NCBI GenBank assembly: GCA_039208735.1
Contig: JBCCQY010000172.1
Location: 1-20,226 of the forward strand
DNA from: Myxococcota bacterium
GTDB taxonomy: Bacteria > Myxococcota_A > UBA796 > GCA-2862545
DNA length: 20,226 nt
Direction: 5' to 3'
Shown: one piece after another, positions 1 through 7,621 of the stretch
How positions within the stretch are numbered: position 1 is the stretch's first letter
How the letters are laid out: every line of letters starts with the position of its first letter
Position numbers and translations under genes: made by a program
Notes under the pieces: generated by a model
The model's database searches: none
Told to the model about the DNA's origin: nothing
What the model saw: only the letters and a program-made list of their open reading frames with translations

Positions 1-1958
1 GAATCGAAGGGGACGCCAGGCAAGGGTGTGCTCTCGAAGCCGATGGCAGGGACGACGAGGCCGGCGCAGAGGGTGTTCTGGGTGGAGAGCCCCACGTCGA
101 GGGCGTCGTCTACGGCGTCGAAGCGGACGACCTCGGTCGTGAAGTGCACGTGGAGGACGACGGCCGGCGACGCAGGCGAACATTCGGTGGCCTCGGCCAG
201 CAGGGCGGCGTTCCGCGAGGCGTCAGACGACGGATCTGCGTCGTGGTCGAGGGTCCCGTTGGCGATCCGAACCGCCAACCCCGGCTGTTCGAGCAGGTCG
301 CGCAGCTCGCGCGGGGTCCACGACGTGCGACTGACGCCGCCGCGCACCAGCAGGTGGAGGTCGCGGATCCGCTCGCGCGCCAGGACCTGCAGCGCGTGGG
401 CCGCGATGTCCGTCGTGGCCAGGTGCTCGACGGGGGCGACCAGCATCCGGGCGACATCGAGCGCCACGTTCCCTCCGCCCACGACGACGGCGGTGGGATG
501 GTCAAGGGCGGGCCCCAGGTCGGCGTGCTCCGGATGAGCGTTGTACCAACGCACGAAGTCCCAGGCAGGGACGACGCGGGACGCGGATTCGCCGTCTACC
601 CTTAGGCGACGGGACCGGTTCGCCCCGGTCGCGTACACGACGACGTCATACGCCTCCCGCAACGTCGCGGCGTCGACGTCCCGGCCGAGCGCCACGTTGG
701 CGAGCAAGCACACCCGGTCATGGGCGTACACTGCGTCGAAACGCTCCCCCTTGCTGCGCACCTCGGGATGGTCGGGCGCGACCCCGTAGCGCACGAGGCC
801 GTGGGGCATCGGGTTGCGCTCCAGCACGTCGATCCGCGCGCCATGGGACCTCTCCAGCAGCCGCATCGCGGTGTACGTCCCGGCGGCGCCCGCGCCCACG
901 ATGGCCACCCGAAAGGCCCGCTGGTCCTTCACAGTTCCACGGTCGACGGTCGCGAGACCGCGCTGTACGGTCGCGTAGCCGGCGGTCGTGAACGGGCACA
1001 CCTGGATGCACACCGCACAGCCGTACTCCCGCTCGAAGTAGTCCCGGCACTGGGTATGCTCGATGCACGCGGTCCCCACACCATTGTCGCGGTCGCGCGG
1101 GGTCGCGTGGATGGCGCCCGGCGGACAGCTCCGCACGCAGTTGCGACACCGATCGCAGAAATCCCGCACCCAGTCGTGGTCGTCGGTCCGCTCTGGGAGC
1201 CCCTGCAGCGAAGTGTAGACCGTCGCGATCCGGATCCGCGCCCCGGCATGGGGCGTCATCAGCATGCCGTGGTACCCGATGCCCCCCATGCCTGCCCGAG
1301 CCCCGAGCGCGACGTAGTCGGTCACCCCGCCGAGCGCGGTACCCGGGTAGGCCGCGTGCCCGCGGGCCTGAAGATGGTCCGCGAGCGCGTCCCCGATGCG
1401 CGCGAGCCGACCGTAGCCCTTCGCAACCTCCACGAACGTGTCGAAGCTGGGGGCTTGCGCGATCGGCTCCGGGTCCATCTCGACGGCGTAGAGGACGACG
1501 CCCGGCGCGGGGACGGCGTGTCCGGCGAAGATCTCGCTCGGGAGGATGTCGTTCAGGTAGGCGACGTCGAACGCGCCATGGGATCGCGCGATCGCCTCGA
1601 GCTCGTCCAGCAACGCCGGGGTGGCCTCGGTGCGGCCGGTGGGAAGATCCTTCCGATAGAACCGTCCGCTCCGCAGGATCCGGAAGAGTAGGTCCGGCAT
1701 GATCGGTGCCAGACGTCGGATCTTCGCGAACGTCAGCCGGCTGAGGTGGGCGTCCCGCAACTTCACTTCGCGTGCTGTGAAGCGATGCCGCGGTGGGGAG
1801 GTGCTGTCGGACTCCACCTGGCGGAATCGCCCGGTAAGCTTGGCATCCGCGAGGTCGAGCATGCGGTCCAGCCCATCGAAGGACCGATCCAGAACGGGCG
1901 CAAGCAGGCGATCCAGCAGGCCACGTGTGGGAGGGGAGGGGTCGATCGCGTGTGGCAT
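1..1958 (-). CDS. Fusion protein: reductive dehalogenase/epoxyqueuosine reductase-like domain (cobalamin, 2x[4Fe-4S]) plus FprA/adrenodoxin reductase-like ferredoxin-NADP+ reductase; 3' end outside the window
   Basis: Hand translation gives one open frame from ATG 1958 (GGAG just upstream; alternative ATG at 1970) to the window edge. The N-terminal part has ARAGMGGIGYHGMLMTPHAGARIRIATVYT, FCDRCRNCVRSCPPGAI (1157-1122) and C-x9-CAVCIQVCPF (1049-993). The C-terminal part, from about 932, has RVAIVGAGAAG, ERNPMPHGLVRYGVAPDHP, VVVGGGNVALDVARML, TTDIAAHAL and AIGF...LPGVPFD. Confidence 0.88.
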   Translation of the reverse strand, partial: MPHAIDPSPPTRGLLDRLLAPVLDRSFDGLDRMLDLADAKLTGRFRQVESDSTSPPRHRFTAREVKLRDAHLSRLTFAKIRRLAPIMPDLLFRILRSGRFYRKDLPTGRTEATPALLDELEAIARSHGAFDVAYLNDILPSEIFAGHAVPAPGVVLYAVEMDPEPIAQAPSFDTFVEVAKGYGRLARIGDALADHLQARGHAAYPGTALGGVTDYVALGARAGMGGIGYHGMLMTPHAGARIRIATVYTSLQGLPERTDDHDWVRDFCDRCRNCVRSCPPGAIHATPRDRDNGVGTACIEHTQCRDYFEREYGCAVCIQVCPFTTAGYATVQRGLATVDRGTVKDQRAFRVAIVGAGAAGTYTAMRLLERSHGARIDVLERNPMPHGLVRYGVAPDHPEVRSKGERFDAVYAHDRVCLLANVALGRDVDAATLREAYDVVVYATGANRSRRLRVDGESASRVVPAWDFVRWYNAHPEHADLGPALDHPTAVVVGGGNVALDVARMLVAPVEHLATTDIAAHALQVLARERIRDLHLLVRGGVSRTSWTPRELRDLLEQPGLAVRIANGTLDHDADPSSDASRNAALLAEATECSPASPAVVLHVHFTTEVVRFDAVDDALDVGLSTQNTLCAGLVVPAIGFESTPLPGVPFD

Positions 1959-1974
1959 GAACGTCTCCATTGAC

Positions 1975-2015
1975 TGAGTGATACTCATCGAGTATCACTC
2001 AACGAGTAACACTCG
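1975..2015. promoter_or_regulatory. Three tandem palindromic operator-like sites GAGT-N3-ACTC, probably bound by TetR
   Basis: GAGTGATACTC at 1976-1986, GAGTATCACTC at 1990-2000 and GAGTAACACTC at 2004-2014, at a 14-bp period. They lie in the 74-bp gap between divergent genes, upstream of the fdx-tetR pair. Confidence 0.75.
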
Positions 2016-2032
2016 ACAAATCTGGAGGCACC

Positions 2033-2278
2033 GTGGCCCACGTCATCACCGCTCCCTGTGTCGGAACGCGGGACCGGGCGTGTCAGCGCGCCTGTCCGGT
2101 CGACTGCATCGTCGATGCCGGCGAGCACCTGGCGATCGACCCGGTCCGCTGCGTTGATTGCGGAGCGTGCGTGTCCGCTTGTCCGGTAAGCGCCATCTTC
2201 CCGGAGGACCGGGTACCGACGGAGTGGGCGGCGTGGACGTCGCGCAACCGGGAGCGGTCTGCTAGCCTCAACCGATGA
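2033..2278 (+). CDS. fdxA: 7Fe ([3Fe-4S]+[4Fe-4S]) ferredoxin, FdxA type
   Basis: MAHVITAPC-x7-CQRACPVDCI...IDPVRCVDCGACVSACPVSAIFPED..P.EW; GGAGG before the GTG start. Confidence 0.9.
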   Translation: MAHVITAPCVGTRDRACQRACPVDCIVDAGEHLAIDPVRCVDCGACVSACPVSAIFPEDRVPTEWAAWTSRNRERSASLNR

Positions 2279-2883
2279 ATCAGCGCAAGCGCCAAGCCGA
2301 ACAGACCCGGGGACGCATCCTGCGCGCGGCCTTCGAACGGTTCGCGGCGGATGGCTACGTCGGCACGTCGACGAGGTCGATCGCAAAGGCTGCCGGGGTC
2401 TCCGAGGGCGTGCTGTTCCACCACTTCCCCACGAAGCTCGACCTGCTGCGCGGGGTCGGGGAGGCGCACCCCATCATGGCCGGGGGGCTGACCACGCTCG
2501 TCGCAGCGGATCCGAATCCCACGCCTGAGGCGTTTGCGAAGGGCCTTCAGCACCTGTTCCTGGAACGGCTGCATCCCGACCGCCCTGCGGCACGCCTATT
2601 CCGGGTCCTGTTGTCCGAGGGTGCGCGGGATCCGCGGTTGTCGTCGATGCGGAACGCCGTGGCGGATGGGGCCGTCCAGGCCGTGACGAGCGTGGTTTCG
2701 TCGTGGGAGGCAGCCGGACGGCTACGGCGGAGTCCCGATCCGCAAGTGGCGGCGCGGGCCCTACTGGGCGGGATGTTCTGGGTGCTGGTGATGTCCGACG
2801 CACAGGACGCCGAGGCGTGGACCGCGTACGCCGAGTCGGCGCTCCAGGACGCGGTCGAGGACTGGCTCGCCGGGCTCCTCTAA
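2275..2883 (+). CDS. TetR/AcrR family transcriptional regulator
   Basis: TRGRILRAAFERFAADGYVGTSTRSIAKAAGVSEGVLFHHFPTKLDLL helix-turn-helix; ATGA overlap with the ferredoxin stop. Confidence 0.93.
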   Translation: MNQRKRQAEQTRGRILRAAFERFAADGYVGTSTRSIAKAAGVSEGVLFHHFPTKLDLLRGVGEAHPIMAGGLTTLVAADPNPTPEAFAKGLQHLFLERLHPDRPAARLFRVLLSEGARDPRLSSMRNAVADGAVQAVTSVVSSWEAAGRLRRSPDPQVAARALLGGMFWVLVMSDAQDAEAWTAYAESALQDAVEDWLAGLL

Positions 2884-3431
2884 TCCGCGGGAGAAGACAC
2901 ACCTGGCGCGTGTACTGACGCGGGATCGTGAAAGATTTCTTGGGTTTCGCGGGCAGGAGGTACCATGAAGCTGTGTCGCTGAATCCGCTCGGGTCCTTGG
3001 TGTTCCCCGATTCGTCACCAGCCCGGAGCGCGGGAGGGGATGGTTCACGTTCCCTCTCGGGAAGCCCACGGCCATAGCGGAGATGCTGTTCACGTCCTTG
3101 CCGCGGCGCTCGGCGTCGAGGCCAAGGTCCGTCCAGAAGGACGTCGACGGCATGCGAGCGCAGGCGACTTCCGCAGTTGGGGAACCTGTCCGAGCTGCTC
3201 GGGGGGACACTGGCCGAACTGCAGATGGGGACCGTGGCCGGACCACAACCGTGAGTTGCCGAAACACTGGCTCGATGCCACCGACGACGCAGTCGAAGAG
3301 GCACTTCAATGGCGTCCGCGACGGATTCTGGAGGCATCGACGAGAAGGCGCGCCCAGTAGAACGGTCCGGTCGCGGCCCGTCATGGGCGACTGGTTCATC
3401 GATGTTGGATGGTTGGCGCGTACGGTGGCTG

Positions 3432-3900
3432 ATGACCGATGCCGTCGACCTCGCCACCATCGCGTACCCCGACGACGCCATCCTGCGACGGGCCGCGCTC
3501 CACGTCGAGCCCGAGCTGGCCCAGGACATCGTGCGATACGTGCATGCGCAGCGCCCCGTCTTCAACATCGCGGAGCCCTGCTCAACCCCCCTGGCAGACG
3601 CTCGGCATGCTCTACGATCAGACCCTGTTGATGCAGGAGCGCTTCAGCGGTGACGATAACTTCCACTACTGGGCGATCGTCGGATTCGACCAGGTGGCGG
3701 TCCACCATCCGTTCATTTGCCTGCACCGGATCCTGAACCAGGAGCAACACTGGCGCGATCTGCGCGGTACGCCACTCCATCCGCCCGAGGGCATCAACTA
3801 CCACAGCTCGGTCCAGGTGCATCCGCTGCTCGATGGGGATCGGATCCAGTTCAAGGATCGGGCCCACCGGCGGCAACCAGACCACGTCGATGGCCGAGCT
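3432..3900 (+). pseudogene. Frameshifted hypothetical gene fragment, C-terminal part weakly FHA-like
   Basis: Protein-like text MTDAVDLATIAYPDDAILRRAALH... changes frame at the C6 run 3586-3591 into PWQTLGMLYDQTLLMQERF...WRDLRGT...LLDGDRIQF. The end point is uncertain. Confidence 0.3.
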
Positions 3901-3954
3901 GTACGACCGCATCGACACGTTCGCATCCCGCCAGGGACCCTCGGTCGGTCTGGC

Positions 3955-5181
3955 TCAGCGGACTCGGAACGCCGAGTACAGGATCGCGGGGACCTGAAGC
4001 GCCTCGACCGCCGGCGTCTCCCCATCCGTGTTCGTGACGTCGTACAGCGTCGTGGTGAGATCGGCGTTGAGCACAATCACGAAGCTCCGACCGTCGACCA
4101 CCATCCACTGCAGCCGACCGGCCCCCGGTGGCACGCCGAGCACCGGCTCCGACGTCGTGGGGTCGTCGAGATCGGGAATGCGCCGCACCGTCCACGCCGC
4201 CGCCCCCAACACTGCCCCGAGGTCGGGCTTCTTCGGCAGCGGAACCAGGGTCTCGTCGTAGGCGTTGAAGAACGCCGTGTTTCCTGGGCCCCGTGCAAAT
4301 CCGCCCGCGATGTCACCCCCCGCGATCTCCGTCAGATCGATCCCCGTAGCGTTCGCGAAGGTGCCGTCTGCTGCCTTGTCGAGCAGGCACGCCGGGAAGG
4401 CGCCGGGCAGGCCGAAGTGCCCCGCAACCCCCGCCGCCTCGTTCGACGTGAAGACCAACGACCCCGACGCCGTCTCCTGGGAGCCGGCAAGCGATCCGCA
4501 GCTCGTCGAGGTCTCGAACGTCACCGCGTCGGTCGTGGTGTCCACGATCGCGAAGACCGTGGTCGAGACCGTGATCCCCTGATCGTTCGACAAGCTGAAG
4601 GGCACGATCAGCTCGTCTCCGGTGCGGATGGTTCCGCGGACCCCGAGGATGCTCAGGCCCTTCGGAGGGTCGAAGTCGAGCGAGACCGATCCGCGCAGCT
4701 CCATGCTCGATGGATCGAAGACGGCGAGCTGCCGACTCGGGCTGTCGACGAAGTAGGCCCGCTCGTCATCGACGAACTGAAAGAGCTCGGAGTTGATCCC
4801 CTGGAGCGGCCCGATCCCGAGGCCGGCAAAGCTGATCGTCGTACCCGGAACCAGCGTGCCGTCGACGACGTCGTAGCGGGTCAGCTCGGGACTCGTCGGG
4901 CTTGTCGCGAACAGCGCTCCCCCGTAGGTGGCACAGATCGGCCGACCATCGTTGACCGGGATGGCCTGGGTCGGATCGAACGTGCCGTCGGCGTCGAGCG
5001 AGTCGATCGCCCCGATGAGCCCCGTCATCCCATCGGTTCCGAGAATGAAGGCGCATGCGACGAGCAGCTCCTCGTCTTCGGCCGGCGGCGCGGTCGAGTC
5101 GGCGTCGGTCTCGACCTCGCCGGTGCAGGCAACGAGCGCCACACCGAGCGCAGCCCAGGACATGCGGTTGATCAGGGTCAT
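3955..5181 (-). CDS. MxcI-like (DUF4374-like) beta-rich lipoprotein, paralogue 1
   Basis: Start reassigned to ATG 5181, which has GGAG upstream. Signal peptide with lipobox LVAC. Shares blocks with the other two paralogues (RAYFVD, TSCG...PACLL, AGG, AAWT). Confidence 0.8.
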   Translation of the reverse strand: MTLINRMSWAALGVALVACTGEVETDADSTAPPAEDEELLVACAFILGTDGMTGLIGAIDSLDADGTFDPTQAIPVNDGRPICATYGGALFATSPTSPELTRYDVVDGTLVPGTTISFAGLGIGPLQGINSELFQFVDDERAYFVDSPSRQLAVFDPSSMELRGSVSLDFDPPKGLSILGVRGTIRTGDELIVPFSLSNDQGITVSTTVFAIVDTTTDAVTFETSTSCGSLAGSQETASGSLVFTSNEAAGVAGHFGLPGAFPACLLDKAADGTFANATGIDLTEIAGGDIAGGFARGPGNTAFFNAYDETLVPLPKKPDLGAVLGAAAWTVRRIPDLDDPTTSEPVLGVPPGAGRLQWMVVDGRSFVIVLNADLTTTLYDVTNTDGETPAVEALQVPAILYSAFRVR

Positions 5182-5248
5182 CGAGTCTCCAGAGGGTGTG
5201 GCCGGCCCACGAGCGGGCCCACAATCGCCAAACCTTGGTTTACTGATT

Positions 5249-5265
5249 CTAAAAATCACTTTCAA
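5249..5265 (-). promoter_or_regulatory. Fur box-like site
   Basis: The minus strand reads TTGAAAGTGATTTTTAG, 14/17 to the deltaproteobacterial Fur consensus WTGAAAATNATTTTCAW. It is an AT-rich island upstream of the lipoprotein start at 5181. Confidence 0.55.
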
Positions 5266-5440
5266 CCATCTTTCTTCGTCGACGAACGGTCGATCGCTGT
5301 CGACGAATGGTCGGACGAGGGCCCCGAACTCACGAGCAGCGGTCGGGCCGGCCCTGGTTCCCCGCGGCGATCTCGTCCACCGCCTGCACGGCCACGGTCA
5401 GCGGTCGCTCGCACGAAGCGGTTGAGCCCGTAGCCCTTCA

Positions 5441-5890
5441 GGGGATAGTCTTCTAAAGCCGGCCCGGGAAAACACCTTGCGACGCCGCTCCCCGGGCACG
5501 GCCCTCACCGCCTTGACCACGAGGAGCACGTGTGCGCGCGAACGTTCGTGTGCGAACGTCGATGGAGCCAGTTCTGTGACGTTCAGGGGCTCAGCTGCAG
5601 TGGTCCCTCGCGGCGGTCCTGCGCGGACAGTGCAGCACCCGGTCCGTCGCCCGCCACCCTGGGAGGAGCGCGTGCAGGCGCATCACCTGGTGGCAGAGCG
5701 GGCACTCCCGACCGTCGACGCCGAAGACGCGCCGGAGCACCTCGGCCCAGGCGAGTCGACGCCGACGTCGACTCCGCCCTTCGCCACGCCGAGTGGGCGC
5801 GAGCACACCGCCATAGACGATCCGATGGGCGCGCTGCGGTGGGATCAGGGCGGCGAGGCGCGCGATGAACGCCACACCCGAGAACACCAT
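5441..5890 (-). mobile_element. IS91/ISCR-family (Y2 rolling-circle) transposase C-terminal remnant with a probable oriIS end
   Basis: 5890-5591 encodes FIARLAALIPPQRAHRIVYGGVLAP...WAEVLRRVFGVDGRECPLCHQVMRL, typical of the C-terminus of these transposases. Downstream are a GCCCGGG/CCCGGGC inverted repeat and GGCTTTAGAAGACTATCCCC, which resembles an oriIS terminus. The N-terminal two-thirds are absent. Confidence 0.75.
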
Positions 5891-5985
5891 CGTGTGAGCG
5901 CTGGACCATGCTCGTCGGCAAGTGCTCCGCCCTCATCGCGATCGACACCGGCCTCCCCTTGGGTGCTTCTGCCTCGCGATCCCGA

Positions 5986-6090
5986 TGACCGCGGATGCCG
6001 ACTGGCCGCTCACCGGCGTCGCCGAGTGCGCCTGCGGCTATGCCCTCACGAGCAGCGCCGGCACCGGCCGCGGCGGCGCGCCGCGATGCT
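5986..6090 (+). pseudogene. Possible fragment of a large serine recombinase zinc-ribbon region
   Basis: ADWPLTGVAECACGYALTSSAGTGRGG resembles the PLxGxxxCxxCG...G motif; no catalytic domain is visible. Confidence 0.35.
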
Positions 6091-6138
6091 CTACGCGCCT
6101 CCGTCGCCAATGCCGAGGGCGAGCTCGTCGCATCCCCA

Positions 6139-7581
6139 TTGCACGTTGCCCGTGTGTGGGGATGGGCTCGTCAACGCGAGCAGCGGCGAAGAGTGCGACG
6201 ACGAGTGTGAGTCCGCCGTCTGTGATGCCGACTGCACCCTTCCGGTCTGTGGCGATGGCGTGTTCAATGTTATCGCGGGCGAGATTTGCGACGACGGTGG
6301 GGATTCCACGAATTGCAATGCCGACTGCACCCTCGCTGAGTGTGGCGACGGTCGGGCCAATGCCGCAGTCTTCCTGTTCTTCGGCTCCAGCTCGCTGCCA
6401 AACACATTCGATCTCGTGGACGCCGAAGACGCGTCTGACGCCGCGGGGCGCAAGGTGGCTGGCGCCGGCGATCTCAACGGGGATGGATTTGCGGATCTGC
6501 TGATCGGAGCGTCGAGTGGGGGGACCGGAGGGTTGCCCTACCTCGTCTACGGAGGCGCCTCGCTGCACACCACACTCAACCTCGCAGATGCCAACGCCAG
6601 GTTCCTTGGTGAAGTCAGCGGCGACGAGTTCGGGGTTGGACTGGCGGGGGCCGGCGACCTCAACGGCGACGGTTTCGACGATCTGGTGATCAGACTCGCG
6701 CAAGCTTCGCTTGCCGCTGATCAGCTTGCAGGAGCGTCAGCGACGAAAGCTGAACCGCGTCGGCCTGCAGGCGCGTAGCGCCGAAGGCCAGCGGTGATCA
6801 GCGCACGCGACAATTCCGAGGGGGGAGACTGAGCTGGTGCGTCGTACGTAGTGTTCGGGGGCAATTCAGTGACGGGAACCATCGGCATCCAAAGCGCGAA
6901 CGTCAAGATCTCGGCGAGGCGGCCAACGACAGCCTTAAGGCGGTGGCCGGGACGGGCGACGTGAACGGCGATGGAATCGACGACCTGTCGCTGGGCGCGC
7001 GACTCAACGACGAGGGCGGTTCGAACGCCGGAGTGGCCTATGTCATCTTTGGCGATCCCAATCTTTCCGGTACGCTCAGTCTGGCGAACGCCGACATCAA
7101 GTTGGCCGGATAGGCGCTCGGGGATTTCGCGGGCGTCGCAGTGGCCGGAGCGGGGGACGTCAACGGCGATGGATTCGCCGACCTACTCGTGGGTGCGAAC
7201 TCAACGGACCAAGGCAAGGAGAGCAATACCGGTACGGCGTACCTCGTGTACGGTTCGGCGGCGCTGAGCGACACCAAGCTGCTCGGAGAAGTGGCTTCAG
7301 ACAGGGCGGGATTCAGCGTGGCCGGCGCGGGAGACGTCAACGGAGACGGCTTCGACGACATTCTCGTGGGTGCCTCCGGTAACGAGGGTACGGCCTATCT
7401 GCTGCATGGTCCGGTGGCGACGGGAACCCTCGAACTGGCGGACGCCGATCTTCGCACCCCCAATCCCTCGGATGGACGCACGGCGCTCGTTGCAGGTGGT
7501 GGAGACGTCGATGGCGACGGCCTCGACGACGTTTTGATGGCGTTCACGGGCCGCGAAGTCGTCCTGTTCCTCATCCGCTAA
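6139..7581 (+). pseudogene. Degraded surface protein with Myxococcus Cys-rich (DUF4215-like) repeats and FG-GAP/integrin-alpha repeats
   Basis: Three CTLxxCGDG repeats, then six GDxNGDGxxDL-type repeats. Lesions: no start or signal peptide, insertion at 6694-6792, TGA at 6830-6832, frameshift near 6910, TAG at 7111-7113. Confidence 0.85.
6685..6801. repeat. 99-bp multi-hairpin REP/RPE-like insertion flanked by a 9-bp direct repeat GGTGATCAG
   Basis: GGTGATCAG occurs at 6685-6693 and 6793-6801. Removing 108 bp restores the FG-GAP text GFDDLVI-SARDNSEGG. The insert contains GCAAGC-TTC-GCTTGC and two related units, AGCT-TGCAGGAGCGTCAGCGACGAA-AGCT and GGCC-TGCAGGCGCGTAGCGCCGAA-GGCC. Confidence 0.75.
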
Positions 7582-7621
7582 GGCGAACCGCGGCGCGACG
7601 CGAGCCTCGTAGACCGCCAAG

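Noticed and set aside
929..932. GTGA overlap suggesting a separate reductase gene starting at GTG 932
   Set aside because: The TGA is not in the frame of the Rdh-like domain, which reads straight through. An internal start cannot be excluded.
993..1958. Calling the N-domain queG or a respiratory rdhA
   Set aside because: It lacks QueG second-cluster spacing and signature, and it has no Tat signal or visible rdhB, so no symbol was given.
718..1998. ORF-track entries 718-1998 (-), 720-1691 (+), 929-1249 (-) and 28-537 (+)
   Set aside because: They are alternative-frame or antisense shadows of the Rdh-FNR gene; only that frame carries motifs.
2956..2982. AGGAGG followed by ATG and MKLCR-stop
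   Set aside because: Too short, with no other support; probably a relic.
3439..5433. 664-aa plus-strand ORF
   Set aside because: Mostly the antisense shadow of the 3955-5181 lipoprotein; only about 3590-3900 looks coding.
6717..6763. Hammerhead-like CTGATCA...CGAAA inside the insertion
   Set aside because: The core should be CUGAnGA; G8 is replaced and I could not build the three stems.
6830..7113. In-frame TGA 6830 and TAG 7111 as selenocysteine or pyrrolysine
   Set aside because: Neither is at a redox motif. The TAG falls where sister repeats have Glu (GE), and the gene has other lesions.
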